38,269 bases of DNA from the NCBI GenBank assembly GCA_902787725.1, contig CADAHK010000015.1, positions 1-38,269 on the forward strand, read 5' to 3'. This DNA is from an uncultured Eubacteriales bacterium (GTDB lineage: Bacteria; Bacillota; Clostridia; Peptostreptococcales; Anaerovoracaceae). Below are positions 18,750-27,644 of the stretch, one piece after another. Numbering within the stretch: position 1 is the first letter of the stretch; each line of letters starts with the position of its first letter. Made by a program: the position numbers and the translations under genes. The notes under the pieces were generated by a model. That model was not told where the DNA came from, made no database searches, and saw only the letters and a list, made by a program, of their open reading frames with translations.

Positions 18750-18945
18750 TCATAGAGCTTATTTAGGATGATCATTGAGCTTATTACGGACAGCCATAGG
18801 TCTTATTGCAGATTATCATAGGTCTTTGGACCTATCGTTTTCCGCGAAAAGACCTATAAAATTGCAGTGCATGGCGAAATCATAGGTCTTATTAGCCAAA
18901 CTCATACGTCCAAAGACCTATTGAATTTTCGAATAAGACCTACGA
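18728..18945. repeat. Array of nine degenerate 22-bp units (core TCATAGGTCTTATT) in direct and inverted orientation
   Basis: Forward units start at 18728, 18750, 18772, 18794 and 18880. Self-palindromic units at 18816 (ATAGGTC-TTTG-GACCTAT) and 18902 (ATACGTC-CAAA-GACCTAT). Reverse units at 18838-18859 and 18924-18945. Confidence 0.9.
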
Positions 18946-18999
18946 GTTATCTCATAACCATCATAATCATCTTATTACCATCATAAAAGGCGGTGGAGA

Positions 19000-19008
19000 T
19001 GATATAAT
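19000..19008 (+). promoter_or_regulatory. Extended -10 promoter for the Zn-ribbon/C69 peptidase operon
   Basis: TG-A-TATAAT, then GGAGG RBS before ATG 19034. Confidence 0.6.
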
Positions 19009-19033
19009 ATGGGAGTGACGGAGGCTATAGAGC

Positions 19034-19216
19034 ATGATTAGCAAAACAATTAAGCTTCGCTGCATCAACTGCGGGAAGGAATTTGAGCAAGCAGTTGAGG
19101 TTAAGAGTGAAGACAAGCTTGAAAAAGAAATAGAATGGTATAAACGAAATCAAAAGCACTGTCCAAGATGCAGAATGGCCAGGATGGGTCACGGCGGAGG
19201 ACAAGGAGGTAATTAA
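19034..19216 (+). CDS. Small zinc-ribbon protein
   Basis: 60 aa with CINCGKEF...HCPRCR (two CxxC pairs), GGAGG RBS, TAATG stop/start overlap with the next gene. Confidence 0.7.
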   Translation: MISKTIKLRCINCGKEFEQAVEVKSEDKLEKEIEWYKRNQKHCPRCRMARMGHGGGQGGN

Positions 19217-20955
19217 TGAGTAACAGGCAGAAGAAGAGAATGTTCATACCCATGATTGTTGCGGTGCTGGTTCTGTTGTGCTGGCCAGTCAACGCCAGCG
19301 CATGCGTGTTGTTTTACGCAGGCGGAGACATGACAGATGACGGCGCGAATCTGTTCATTCGGTCAGAAGAAGTAGGTCCTGACGACAACAAAACCTATTA
19401 CATATCACCTGCGGGCAAGCATGCCGAAGGCGAGGAGTATCAGGGATGTACTGATTTCACATGGACATTCACCCACGACAGCTATGAGTATACCGCGCGC
19501 TGTGATGGACTGATTGACGGCGAGTGCCCGACCTGCGAAAGCTCACATGAGCATACTCCTTACGAAGAAGCGGGAACAAACGACCACGGAGTGACGGTGA
19601 GCGCGACTCAGTCGCTGAACGCGAACAAGAAGATCCAAAAGGCAGACCCGTTTGTTGATGGCGGCATTGAAGAGTCTGAGATGGCAACAGTCCTTCTTTC
19701 AGAGGCATCAACGGCACGCGAGGGCGTCGAGCTGCTTACAGGAATATACGATAACGTCGGCGCAGGGTATGAAGGCGCCGGTGTAATGATATGCGACCAG
19801 AACGAACAGTGGTATGTGGAGAACCTTTCCGGACACGAATACATCGCGGTGCTGCTGCCGTCAGACGTTGCCTTCCTGCAGACAAACGTCTCCGTGCTGG
19901 GAAGAATTGATCTGGACGACACCGAGCATGTTATCGCTTCGGACCACCTGTTTGACGTGGCAAAAAAAGCGGGGACCTTCGTTGGGGATGAGGATGCGAA
20001 CATCATCGATTACCGCGCTTCATTTAACGACTATCTGATGAAGATCGAAAATGAAGACTGGCCTGCTGAATGGAATGAACACGTTAAGGAACGTCTGGCC
20101 GCGGGGCTGAATTATCTGGAAGGCACGGAAGACTGGACAACTGAAAATGTGCTCGAAGACAACCACGGCGTCATGACGAACGTTGATGAGAACGGCAATA
20201 TTACGTCGCTGCACAATTCACTTGTGCTGAAGGAGACAATGTCCCTGGACAACGCCCTTGGACTGTTCAGAGTTTATCCGGTCGGATATGAAGAAAACGT
20301 AAACACACACCTGTACCGCTTCTATCCTGAAGAGGAGCAGACCCTTGGCACAGTTGAATGGTTCGCGATGGACAACTGCCTGCACAATGTATTTGTACCG
20401 TCTTACCCGATGCTGCTTACAGACACATGGGAAGGCTACAAGGTTCAGCTGGGGGAAACCGAGATTACGGAAGAGAAGCCTGATAAAGGCGACTACTATT
20501 TGTGCGACGGGGAATACCACATCCACCCGGACGGATGGGACAAATCGTATATAGGGACGCTCAGCGCTTTGAACAACAAGCTGACTTTCGAGGATGTGAG
20601 CGAAGAGGAGATTTCCCTTACGGACTCCAATTTCCAGAGCCTGCAGGGAGAGTTTGTTTCCCGGTTTGACGAGCTGTCAAAGGTAATCAAAAGCGAGCCT
20701 TCAGTTGAAGCGCGCGAGGAGATCATGACAGAGACAGACATGGAAATGGCTTCCCAGGTCCATGATACGGCGCTGGCTCTGTACCGGTTTTATACAGATG
20801 GCGAAACATCCGAACTGATTCAGGGAGAGGAGAATGTTCAGCGTACTGATAATAGCGGCTCAGGGTTCCCGGTTGTTCCTCTCGTAGCCGGCATAATAAT
20901 ACTGGCCGCGGCTGTCATCGCCATATTGGCATACAGGAAGAAACGGGCCAAGTAG
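19216..20955 (+). CDS. Exported, membrane-anchored C69-family dipeptidase (Ntn hydrolase)
   Basis: Signal peptide ending ASA followed by the N-terminal Cys nucleophile (CVLFYAG...DDG...RSEE), GTNDHGV.VSAT, STAREGV; C-terminal TM helix and RKKRAK tail. Confidence 0.85.
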   Translation: MSNRQKKRMFIPMIVAVLVLLCWPVNASACVLFYAGGDMTDDGANLFIRSEEVGPDDNKTYYISPAGKHAEGEEYQGCTDFTWTFTHDSYEYTARCDGLIDGECPTCESSHEHTPYEEAGTNDHGVTVSATQSLNANKKIQKADPFVDGGIEESEMATVLLSEASTAREGVELLTGIYDNVGAGYEGAGVMICDQNEQWYVENLSGHEYIAVLLPSDVAFLQTNVSVLGRIDLDDTEHVIASDHLFDVAKKAGTFVGDEDANIIDYRASFNDYLMKIENEDWPAEWNEHVKERLAAGLNYLEGTEDWTTENVLEDNHGVMTNVDENGNITSLHNSLVLKETMSLDNALGLFRVYPVGYEENVNTHLYRFYPEEEQTLGTVEWFAMDNCLHNVFVPSYPMLLTDTWEGYKVQLGETEITEEKPDKGDYYLCDGEYHIHPDGWDKSYIGTLSALNNKLTFEDVSEEEISLTDSNFQSLQGEFVSRFDELSKVIKSEPSVEAREEIMTETDMEMASQVHDTALALYRFYTDGETSELIQGEENVQRTDNSGSGFPVVPLVAGIIILAAAVIAILAYRKKRAK

Positions 20956-21036
20956 CCGGCCAGGCAATCAGCCAAAACCGCTTTAAGTGGCAACAGAATC
21001 TATTTGTGGTAAAATAATCCCAGGAGGAGAAGAGAT

Positions 21037-21369
21037 ATGTTTTTAAGACCAAAACAGGACATTAACGTCGGACTGGAAGCTTACAGACGCGTTCAGCACG
21101 CCAGCGGAACCAATGGCGCGGTGCTGCTGGATGTAAGAAATCCGAGCGAGCGCAAACACGGATACCTTCCGGGCAGCGTCAGCCTTCCGCTGAACAAGCT
21201 GAAGAGCGCGAGCCAGGTAATTCCGGATTTTGACACGCCTGTGTTCATCTACTGCGCCAACGGCGCGAGAGCGCAGAGAGCCGCAAAGAGACTCGCGCGC
21301 GCAGGCTACAGAAATGTCATGGGAATCGGCGGACTGGAGGGCTACCGCGGCGAGATCATCAAGGGATAG
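21037..21369 (+). CDS. Rhodanese-like domain protein
   Basis: LLDVRNPSE, GYLPGS, YCANGARA, IGGL. AGGAGG RBS and TG-G-TAAAAT upstream. Confidence 0.9.
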   Translation: MFLRPKQDINVGLEAYRRVQHASGTNGAVLLDVRNPSERKHGYLPGSVSLPLNKLKSASQVIPDFDTPVFIYCANGARAQRAAKRLARAGYRNVMGIGGLEGYRGEIIKG

Positions 21370-21396
21370 CGCATAAAGCGCGGCAGCGCAACAGTA

Positions 21397-22164
21397 ATGT
21401 CCGAATACTTCTGGAAACAATATGAAGACCTGCCGTCCGGGCTGGGTTATATGCGCTTCAGCGCGGAGCACATAGTGACCCTGCTCATTCTTGGCGTGCT
21501 GCTTATTCTGGCTGTCAGAATTCTTGCGGCAAAAGAGTCGAGAAGGTCGGCTTCAATGAAAGTCCTGCCATGGATCATGGTGGGTCTTGAAATTTTTAAA
21601 GACACATTTCTGGCGTGCACAGGTCACTTCAGCGTGGGCTACCTGCCTTTGCATCTGTGCAGTCTCGGCGTGTTCGTGTTCATCGCGGCGTCCCTGGCGA
21701 AGACGGACAGATGGAGGATGATCTGGAGCGAAATCGCCTGCGTGCTCATAGTGCCCGCGTCAGTCGCGGCGCTGATTTTTCCTGACTGGGCGCATCTTTA
21801 CCCCGTTTTTAATTTCATGAACCTGTACGGATACGTCTGGCACGGGATGCTTTTGCTTTATCCGGCGATGATGGTGAAGAGCGGCTGGTCGCACCTGAGC
21901 GTAAGGCATGCGCATTACGTATGGATATTCATGGTCGGAGCGGCGATACCGGTTTACATATTCGACAGAGCGGCGGACTGCAACTACATGTTCGTCAACT
22001 GGCCGCCGAAGGGAACGCCGCTGGAGTGGATCGCGGGAGTTACCGGCGAGAGCATGTATCTGCTGGGATATGCTGCTTTTGCGGTAATAGTGATAGGACT
22101 TATCTATGCGGGAATCGAACTGTACCACAGGGCGCGCGGCATCGGCGGCGCAGACACAGAATGA
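21397..22164 (+). CDS. YwaF/TMEM164-like integral membrane protein
   Basis: FSAEH, YLPLHLCS, ALIFPDW, WHG, NYMFV motifs; multiple TM segments. Confidence 0.8.
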   Translation: MSEYFWKQYEDLPSGLGYMRFSAEHIVTLLILGVLLILAVRILAAKESRRSASMKVLPWIMVGLEIFKDTFLACTGHFSVGYLPLHLCSLGVFVFIAASLAKTDRWRMIWSEIACVLIVPASVAALIFPDWAHLYPVFNFMNLYGYVWHGMLLLYPAMMVKSGWSHLSVRHAHYVWIFMVGAAIPVYIFDRAADCNYMFVNWPPKGTPLEWIAGVTGESMYLLGYAAFAVIVIGLIYAGIELYHRARGIGGADTE

Positions 22165-23012
22165 CACAGACTGACATAAGACGAAAAAACAGAGCCATGC
22201 TGCTGATGGTAGTCACGGCGGTGATGTGGAGCATCGGGGGAATCTTCATCAAGCTGATCTCCTGGAACCCCTTCATGATCGCCGGCGTGCGCAGCGGTAT
22301 TTCCGGAAGCATCATGGCCTTATACATGCTCGCGACGCGCACCAAATTCAAACTGAACCGCTACTCGCTGCTGGCGGGAATCGGACTGGCGTGTTCCGCG
22401 ACGCTATTCACAATCGCCAACAAGCTGACGACGGCGGCCAACGCCATAGTGCTTCAGTACACAGCGCCGATTTTCATTCTCATACTGTCGGCGATTTTTT
22501 TCAAACAGAAGATGCAAAAGCAGGACGTCCTCGTCGTAGCGATAACGATGATCGGCATGGTGCTCTTCTTCCTGGACCAACTTTCTCCGGGAAACATGCT
22601 TGGGAATGTTTTCGGAATATTCGCAGGCGTTTTTCTGGCCCAGATGTTCGTGATGGTCGGACGGGGCGGCGACGATGATTCGACGAGAATGAGCGGGATA
22701 CTTATCGCCCACATTCTGACGCTGCTCATTGGACTTCCGATCGGAATTCCGCTTACGACAGAAGTCGCCGGAATTGAGATACTTTATGTTATAATACTCG
22801 GTGTGTTCCAACTTGGAATTCCGTATGTGCTTTACGGTATCGCTTCGAGAGACTGCTCGCCGCTGGCGTGCTCTCTCATCGGAATGCTGGAACCGCTGCT
22901 GAACCCGGTATGGGTCGCCATATTCATCGGCGAGACGCCGGGGCCTTTTGCCCTCGTGGGCGCTGTAATAATCATAGGAACTGTAACATGGTGGTGCGTC
23001 AGGAATCGCTGA
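22161..23012 (+). CDS. EamA/DMT-family transporter
   Basis: WSIGGIFIK, TTAANAIVLQYTAP, EPLLNPVWV; about 10 TM segments. ATG 22161 overlaps the upstream stop (ATGA). Confidence 0.9.
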   Translation: MTQTDIRRKNRAMLLMVVTAVMWSIGGIFIKLISWNPFMIAGVRSGISGSIMALYMLATRTKFKLNRYSLLAGIGLACSATLFTIANKLTTAANAIVLQYTAPIFILILSAIFFKQKMQKQDVLVVAITMIGMVLFFLDQLSPGNMLGNVFGIFAGVFLAQMFVMVGRGGDDDSTRMSGILIAHILTLLIGLPIGIPLTTEVAGIEILYVIILGVFQLGIPYVLYGIASRDCSPLACSLIGMLEPLLNPVWVAIFIGETPGPFALVGAVIIIGTVTWWCVRNR

Positions 23013-23030
23013 CGCGGTGCGTATAAACAC

Positions 23031-24008
23031 ATGACATACTTACTTCTTTACCTCGCGGTGACTGTAATAGGCTACTTCATTGGCGCGAGGCTCAAAAAAC
23101 AGAATAAGGCCTGGAAGTGGGTTGGGCCTCTCCAGACACTGGTTATCATATTTCTCGTGTTCATCATGGGCAGCAGAATCGGGGCAAGCGAGGAAATCGT
23201 CTCGTCGCTGGGGACCATCGGGCTGATTTCATTCGTGTTCACGCTCGTCATAATGTTTGTGACAGTCGTGGCGTTCACGCTGGTGCGCAGGCTGATGGGT
23301 TTCGACAGATACGGCAGAAGAGGTGTCGCAAAGGCAGCTGCGGAGGCCGCCGAAGCATCGGGCTCTGATGCAAAAGCAGACGAAGGCGAAGCTGTAAAGC
23401 CTCGCCTGAACAGCCTGACGATCATAATGGTCATATTCGTTGCCGCTGGAATTGCCGCGGGATATCTGTTCCTGCCTGAGAGCTTTGTCGCGGTGTCAGG
23501 AACGCTGCTTACAATTACTCTCTGCATGCTTCTGGTTCTCGTCGGAATAGACATTGGAACCGAGGGTACGATTGTGACGAACTTCAAAAGCGCCGGATGG
23601 CGTGTGGTCGTGTTCCCGTTCGTCTCCATAGGGGCGATGATTTTCGGAAGCATCATAGCTTCCATGTTTTTGCCTTTCAGCGTGCAGGATGGCGTTTGCA
23701 TCGGATCGGGACTGGGATGGTATTCACTGGCGTCGGCGATGCTAATCGAGTACTCGGCGGAGGTCAGCGCCATCTCATTCATGCACAATGTAATCCGTGA
23801 GATAATCGGAATACTTCTCATTCCGACCTGCGCGAAGCGCCTGGGATACATCGAGTGCTACTGCCTGCCGGGCGCGTCATCCATGGACGTGTGTCTGCCT
23901 ATAGTTGAAAAAGCCACCGACAGCAGTATTGCCGTCTACTCCTTCGTTAACGGCGTTGTGCTGTCAGCGGCAGTGCCTGTGCTGGTAAGCATATTCATGA
24001 GCATATAG
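23031..24008 (+). CDS. LysO (YbjE/DUF340) family lysine exporter
   Basis: MGSRIG, VGIDIG, GSGLGWYSLA, HNVIRE, GASSMDVCLP motifs. Confidence 0.85.
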   Translation: MTYLLLYLAVTVIGYFIGARLKKQNKAWKWVGPLQTLVIIFLVFIMGSRIGASEEIVSSLGTIGLISFVFTLVIMFVTVVAFTLVRRLMGFDRYGRRGVAKAAAEAAEASGSDAKADEGEAVKPRLNSLTIIMVIFVAAGIAAGYLFLPESFVAVSGTLLTITLCMLLVLVGIDIGTEGTIVTNFKSAGWRVVVFPFVSIGAMIFGSIIASMFLPFSVQDGVCIGSGLGWYSLASAMLIEYSAEVSAISFMHNVIREIIGILLIPTCAKRLGYIECYCLPGASSMDVCLPIVEKATDSSIAVYSFVNGVVLSAAVPVLVSIFMSI

Positions 24009-24036
24009 AAAGATCAGCCTTTCGGCTGATCTTTTT
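24009..24036. terminator. Bidirectional intrinsic terminator
   Basis: AAAGATCAGCC-TTTC-GGCTGATCTTTTT between convergent genes. Confidence 0.88.
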
Positions 24037-24332
24037 TACTTGTAATACTTCTCGATGTGAGGTCTTATCAGATTCAGGATTTCGTCCCATCCGCCTTTTA
24101 CCTCAAAATCCTCGAGCAGATAGCGCTTCACTATGTAGGTGATGCGTTCTTTGTAGTGGGCCATCGCACCTTCCAGGTCAAGGCCTTCTCTGATCAGAGC
24201 CCTGACGTCGTATTCTGAATAGTCCACTGTGATTGTGCACCGCTTGCGGCCGCCTTCTTCGAGGTTGTCTATTACATCCATATCAGCGAATTTCGGACGC
24301 ACCTGAACGGGTCTTAGTTCAATTACTTTCAT
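24036..24332 (-). CDS. Hypothetical protein (98 aa)
   Basis: Fills the gap between the acyl-CoA synthetase and the terminator, same strand, host-like composition; no motif recognised. Confidence 0.7.
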   Translation of the reverse strand: MKVIELRPVQVRPKFADMDVIDNLEEGGRKRCTITVDYSEYDVRALIREGLDLEGAMAHYKERITYIVKRYLLEDFEVKGGWDEILNLIRPHIEKYYK

Positions 24333-24368
24333 GTCTGTTGTCTTGCCTTTGCCTTATTGCTGTCTCTG

Positions 24369-26027
24369 TTACTTTCTCTTGAGCAATCCGTCCTTCAGAT
24401 CCTTCTCAGCCTGCTGCTTGAGAGCGTAGTGCATCTTCTTGCCGGTGGCGGTCAAAGGCAGACTGTCCACGATCTTATACCATCTCGGACGCTTGTATGA
24501 TGAAAGCATCGGCGTTTCGAGACAGAAGTCGAAGAGATCCTTGACGGTCAGGGTGTCATCTTTTGGAATTACGTAGGCCGCGATTGCCTGTCCTCTGGCT
24601 TCATCCGGAACAGCGGTGACCATGCAGTCGGCAACTTTATCGAATTCATTAATAGCTTCCTCGACCTGAGTAGGGTATACATTTTCGCCCGCGCTGATGA
24701 TCATGTCGTCTTTACGGCCGTTGATTGTAACATATAAGCGTTCATCCCAGAAGCCCAGATCGTTAGTGTACATCCAGCCTTTGTAGAATTTCGCCTTTTG
24801 TTCTTCGTCATTCTTGTAATAACTGTAGGTTGATTTACCCGGACAGTGGAGAATGACTTCGCCGACGGTTTCATTATCCGTTGGAACCATGTCATCCGGC
24901 TCGGCCTTTCTGTCTTCGTAGACCTTTACGACGCGAACCTCATCGTCCGTGCAGCTGCCTCCGACAGCGCCGGCGTATTCAGGAAGGTCATAAGGTCTGA
25001 GGAAGGAATTCCAGAAGGTCTCCGTCGTTCCGTATCCGTTGAAAATGTTCGGCGTGAGGATTTTCAGGAAACGCTCACAGGCCGCTTTTTCAAGAGGCGC
25101 GCCCATTGTGACCAGACCTTTTAACGAGGAGAGGTCCTGCGGATCTCTTTCCTGGGTTCTTGCAAGCATTTCGAGTGAGGATGGTGAACCGGTCAGGAAT
25201 GTGATCTTGTATTTCTCAACATAATTCAGAGTAACTCGCGGCGAGAACGCACGGAGTAAAACCAGGCACGCGCCGACGTAAAATGTCGGGCAGGTTCCAC
25301 CGGAGTGACTGCCGCCTCTGTGGAACAGCGGCGTCATGTTCATGCAGACATCCAGACAGTTGAGAGGATAGTGCATGATTGCGTCGTGGGCAGAGAGAAC
25401 TTCGTTGATGTCGTTGATTGGTACGTTCTTAGGCAGGGCGGAGGTTCCGCTGGTGCACATGCGAACGACCTCATCGTAGATGTGGTGCGGGAAGTCCTTT
25501 GCAGGAGCTTCTTCGCTGTGGTTTTTGACATAGTCCCTATAGTGGATATGACCAAGCGGCAGATCCACTCCGTCCAGATTATCGCACAGGATCCATCTGA
25601 GCGGCTTGAAAGATGAAAGTTTTTCGGCTTCGACGATATTGTCCCAAATCTCTGCGCAGTAGAGCACAACTTTCGGTTCATTGTGTTCAATCAGTTTGGC
25701 GATTTCACCTGCTGACAGTTTGTAATTTGCAAGGGTGACGATTGCGCCGACTTTTCTGGGCGCAATATAGGTGAAACAGAATTCCGGGCAGTTGTTCAGT
25801 ACGGACATGACGACATCGTTCTTTCCGACCTTGTCGTCCTTCAGCGCATGGGCAAGCATGTTGCACTCCGCGTCAAGTTCTCTGTAATTCCATTCAGAGT
25901 CCGTACTCGGATCGATTAGCGCCGGTCTGTTTCCGTATCTTCTGACGTTTCTCAGGAATCCGTTCAGCCACGTGTATTCATGCTCGAACGTTTCAATAAA
26001 CATCTTATCATTATATGTTCTGTTCAT
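24369..26027 (-). CDS. AMP-binding acyl-CoA synthetase (class I adenylate-forming enzyme)
   Basis: TSGTSALPK (variant P-loop), PLFH, NGYGTTE, TNDLG, GRKDDMIISAGENVYP, LPLTATGK. ATG 26027 after AGGAGG. Confidence 0.92.
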   Translation of the reverse strand: MNRTYNDKMFIETFEHEYTWLNGFLRNVRRYGNRPALIDPSTDSEWNYRELDAECNMLAHALKDDKVGKNDVVMSVLNNCPEFCFTYIAPRKVGAIVTLANYKLSAGEIAKLIEHNEPKVVLYCAEIWDNIVEAEKLSSFKPLRWILCDNLDGVDLPLGHIHYRDYVKNHSEEAPAKDFPHHIYDEVVRMCTSGTSALPKNVPINDINEVLSAHDAIMHYPLNCLDVCMNMTPLFHRGGSHSGGTCPTFYVGACLVLLRAFSPRVTLNYVEKYKITFLTGSPSSLEMLARTQERDPQDLSSLKGLVTMGAPLEKAACERFLKILTPNIFNGYGTTETFWNSFLRPYDLPEYAGAVGGSCTDDEVRVVKVYEDRKAEPDDMVPTDNETVGEVILHCPGKSTYSYYKNDEEQKAKFYKGWMYTNDLGFWDERLYVTINGRKDDMIISAGENVYPTQVEEAINEFDKVADCMVTAVPDEARGQAIAAYVIPKDDTLTVKDLFDFCLETPMLSSYKRPRWYKIVDSLPLTATGKKMHYALKQQAEKDLKDGLLKRK

Positions 26028-26047
26028 TTTTTCATCCTCCTGCAAAA

Positions 26048-26106
26048 ATTATATATTAATCATACTTGTTTGTCTATTTGACATTTTGCCTTTGCGTATG
26101 TACCAT
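26048..26106. promoter_or_regulatory. Back-to-back divergent sigma-A promoters
   Basis: Minus strand: TAGACA (26071-26076), 17 bp, TATAAT (26048-26053). Plus strand: TTGACA (26078-26083), 17 bp, TACCAT (26101-26106). Confidence 0.7.
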
Positions 26107-26143
26107 TCAGTTAAGGAGAAACGTACGAAAGGAGACACAGAAA

Positions 26144-26446
26144 ATGATGAGATTCGGCTGGTTCCAGGATCCGGACAATGTGGTTTACGCAGATGTCGAT
26201 GAGTTTGCTGATCACTTCGGTAAGGAAACAGGCATTGAGAATTTCCGCCGCAAGCTGGAAGATTTCAAGGCGAATCCTACCAAGGAAGGCGTTCTGCTCA
26301 AGGGCAAAAAGCGCACCACTGTAAAACTCTTCATCCCTGATCTCACCTTTGCCGAAAAGAAGACAAGGCTTGAGATGGGTGACACAGTCTGGGTCTACAT
26401 GGGAGAGTACTATCCTTGCTACTGCGTTTACTGGCCGCAGGCATAA
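26144..26446 (+). CDS. Hypothetical protein (100 aa)
   Basis: AAAGGAG RBS, own promoter, host-like codon usage; C-terminal YYPCYCVYWP; no family recognised. Confidence 0.75.
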   Translation: MMRFGWFQDPDNVVYADVDEFADHFGKETGIENFRRKLEDFKANPTKEGVLLKGKKRTTVKLFIPDLTFAEKKTRLEMGDTVWVYMGEYYPCYCVYWPQA

Positions 26447-26491
26447 TAGCCGGTAGAATTCACGCGTTCTGCGGATGAAAAGGGAAAAGAA

Positions 26492-27589
26492 ATGAAGGAA
26501 TACTACGTAAGCTGCGACAGAATGAAAGAGCTCGAGAGAGCAACAGACGAATCCGGGCTTTCATACTATCAGATGATGGAAAACGCCGGGAACATCGCGG
26601 CTAACAGAATAAATGAGATAACCATGGCCACCCGTCAGAGGCCTCACCCGTCTGAGCGTCAGCTCACGGCCCGCATATACTGCGGCAAAGGCAACAACGG
26701 CGGCGATGGTTTTGTTGTGGCGAGACTTCTGAAGCAGAAGGGCTGGGACGTCAGCCTCGTTCTCGTGGACGGAGAGCCCCAGACGCCCGACGCCATAACA
26801 AACTACGGGCTGGCGAAGGAGCTCGGAATTCCCGTTGCGGATCTTGGTGCAAAGGCAGATCGCCCCGACGTTGTGGTCGACGCCATCTACGGTACGGGCT
26901 TCCACGGCCGTCTGAGAGAAAAGGGCGCTGCGGCAGCCGCAGAGATCGCCGATGCAAAGGCAGCAGAATCGGTTGTTTTTGCACTTGACATACCATCCGG
27001 CATGGGCGGCGACCTGACAGATGAGAGCGAACTTGATGAGCGCTGCGTAAAGGCGGATCACACTGTGACATTCCACGCGAAGAAGGCTGTTCACCTTCAG
27101 GACTTCGCGGCAAAATACTGCGGACAGGTTATAGTCGCCGACATCGGCATAGTCGATGACGAGCTGGACGCGCTGCCGAAGCAGACCGCGGCCGAGCTGG
27201 CGGAGAAGGAAGTCTACTCATTCAGCGATTTTGTTGACATCGTTGCCCAGCTGAGAGCTCCGGACGGATGCGTCTGGGACAGGGCGCAGACACACGAGAC
27301 GCTTAAGAAGTACCTGAAAGAAGAATCGGGTGAAGTGCTCGAAGCAATAGACAACAAGGATGACGAAAACCTCTGTGAAGAACTGGGCGACCTGCTTTTG
27401 CAGATTGTACTGAATGCGCAGATCGGAGCGGAGGACGGCGCCTTCACAATGGACGACGTGATCCAGGGCATCTCGGAGAAGATGGTCCGCAGGCATCCGT
27501 GGGTCTTCGGGGACATGGAGATTGACAGCATCGACGAAAACGTCTCGCTGTGGGAACAGATAAAGAAGAAAGAGAAGGAATCAAAATAA
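26492..27589 (+). CDS. Fusion: NAD(P)H-hydrate epimerase (YjeF_N/NnrE) + MazG-type NTP pyrophosphohydrolase domain
   Basis: NnrE motifs MMENAG, CGKGNNGGDG, VDAIYGTG, LDIPSG, ADHTVTF, ADIGI in about aa 1-222. MazG motifs LRAPDGCVWDRAQTH, EESGEV, EELGDLL, KMVRRHPWVF, WEQIK in about aa 245-365. One continuous frame. Confidence 0.9.
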   Translation: MKEYYVSCDRMKELERATDESGLSYYQMMENAGNIAANRINEITMATRQRPHPSERQLTARIYCGKGNNGGDGFVVARLLKQKGWDVSLVLVDGEPQTPDAITNYGLAKELGIPVADLGAKADRPDVVVDAIYGTGFHGRLREKGAAAAAEIADAKAAESVVFALDIPSGMGGDLTDESELDERCVKADHTVTFHAKKAVHLQDFAAKYCGQVIVADIGIVDDELDALPKQTAAELAEKEVYSFSDFVDIVAQLRAPDGCVWDRAQTHETLKKYLKEESGEVLEAIDNKDDENLCEELGDLLLQIVLNAQIGAEDGAFTMDDVIQGISEKMVRRHPWVFGDMEIDSIDENVSLWEQIKKKEKESK

Positions 27590-27644
27590 ACTCTTTTGAT
27601 TAAAAAAATGAGGGAGTAAGCTTGTCAAAGCGCGAAAACACGAA

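Noticed and set aside
18728-18945. CRISPR array interpretation of the 22-bp repeats
   Set aside because: Variable parts are only about 8 bp, units are degenerate and change orientation, and no cas genes are in the window.
18699-19033. Cobalamin riboswitch upstream of cobO
   Set aside because: No B12-box or conserved core seen, and the predicted cobO leader is too short.
22152-22180. GACACAGA short repeats at the YwaF/EamA junction
   Set aside because: Short, within coding sequence at an ATGA overlap; no evidence of function.
27599-27628. Antisense promoter into the MazG domain (TTGACA on the minus strand)
   Set aside because: The best -10 is TTTAAT at 18 bp spacing, lacking the conserved A at position 2; too weak to call.
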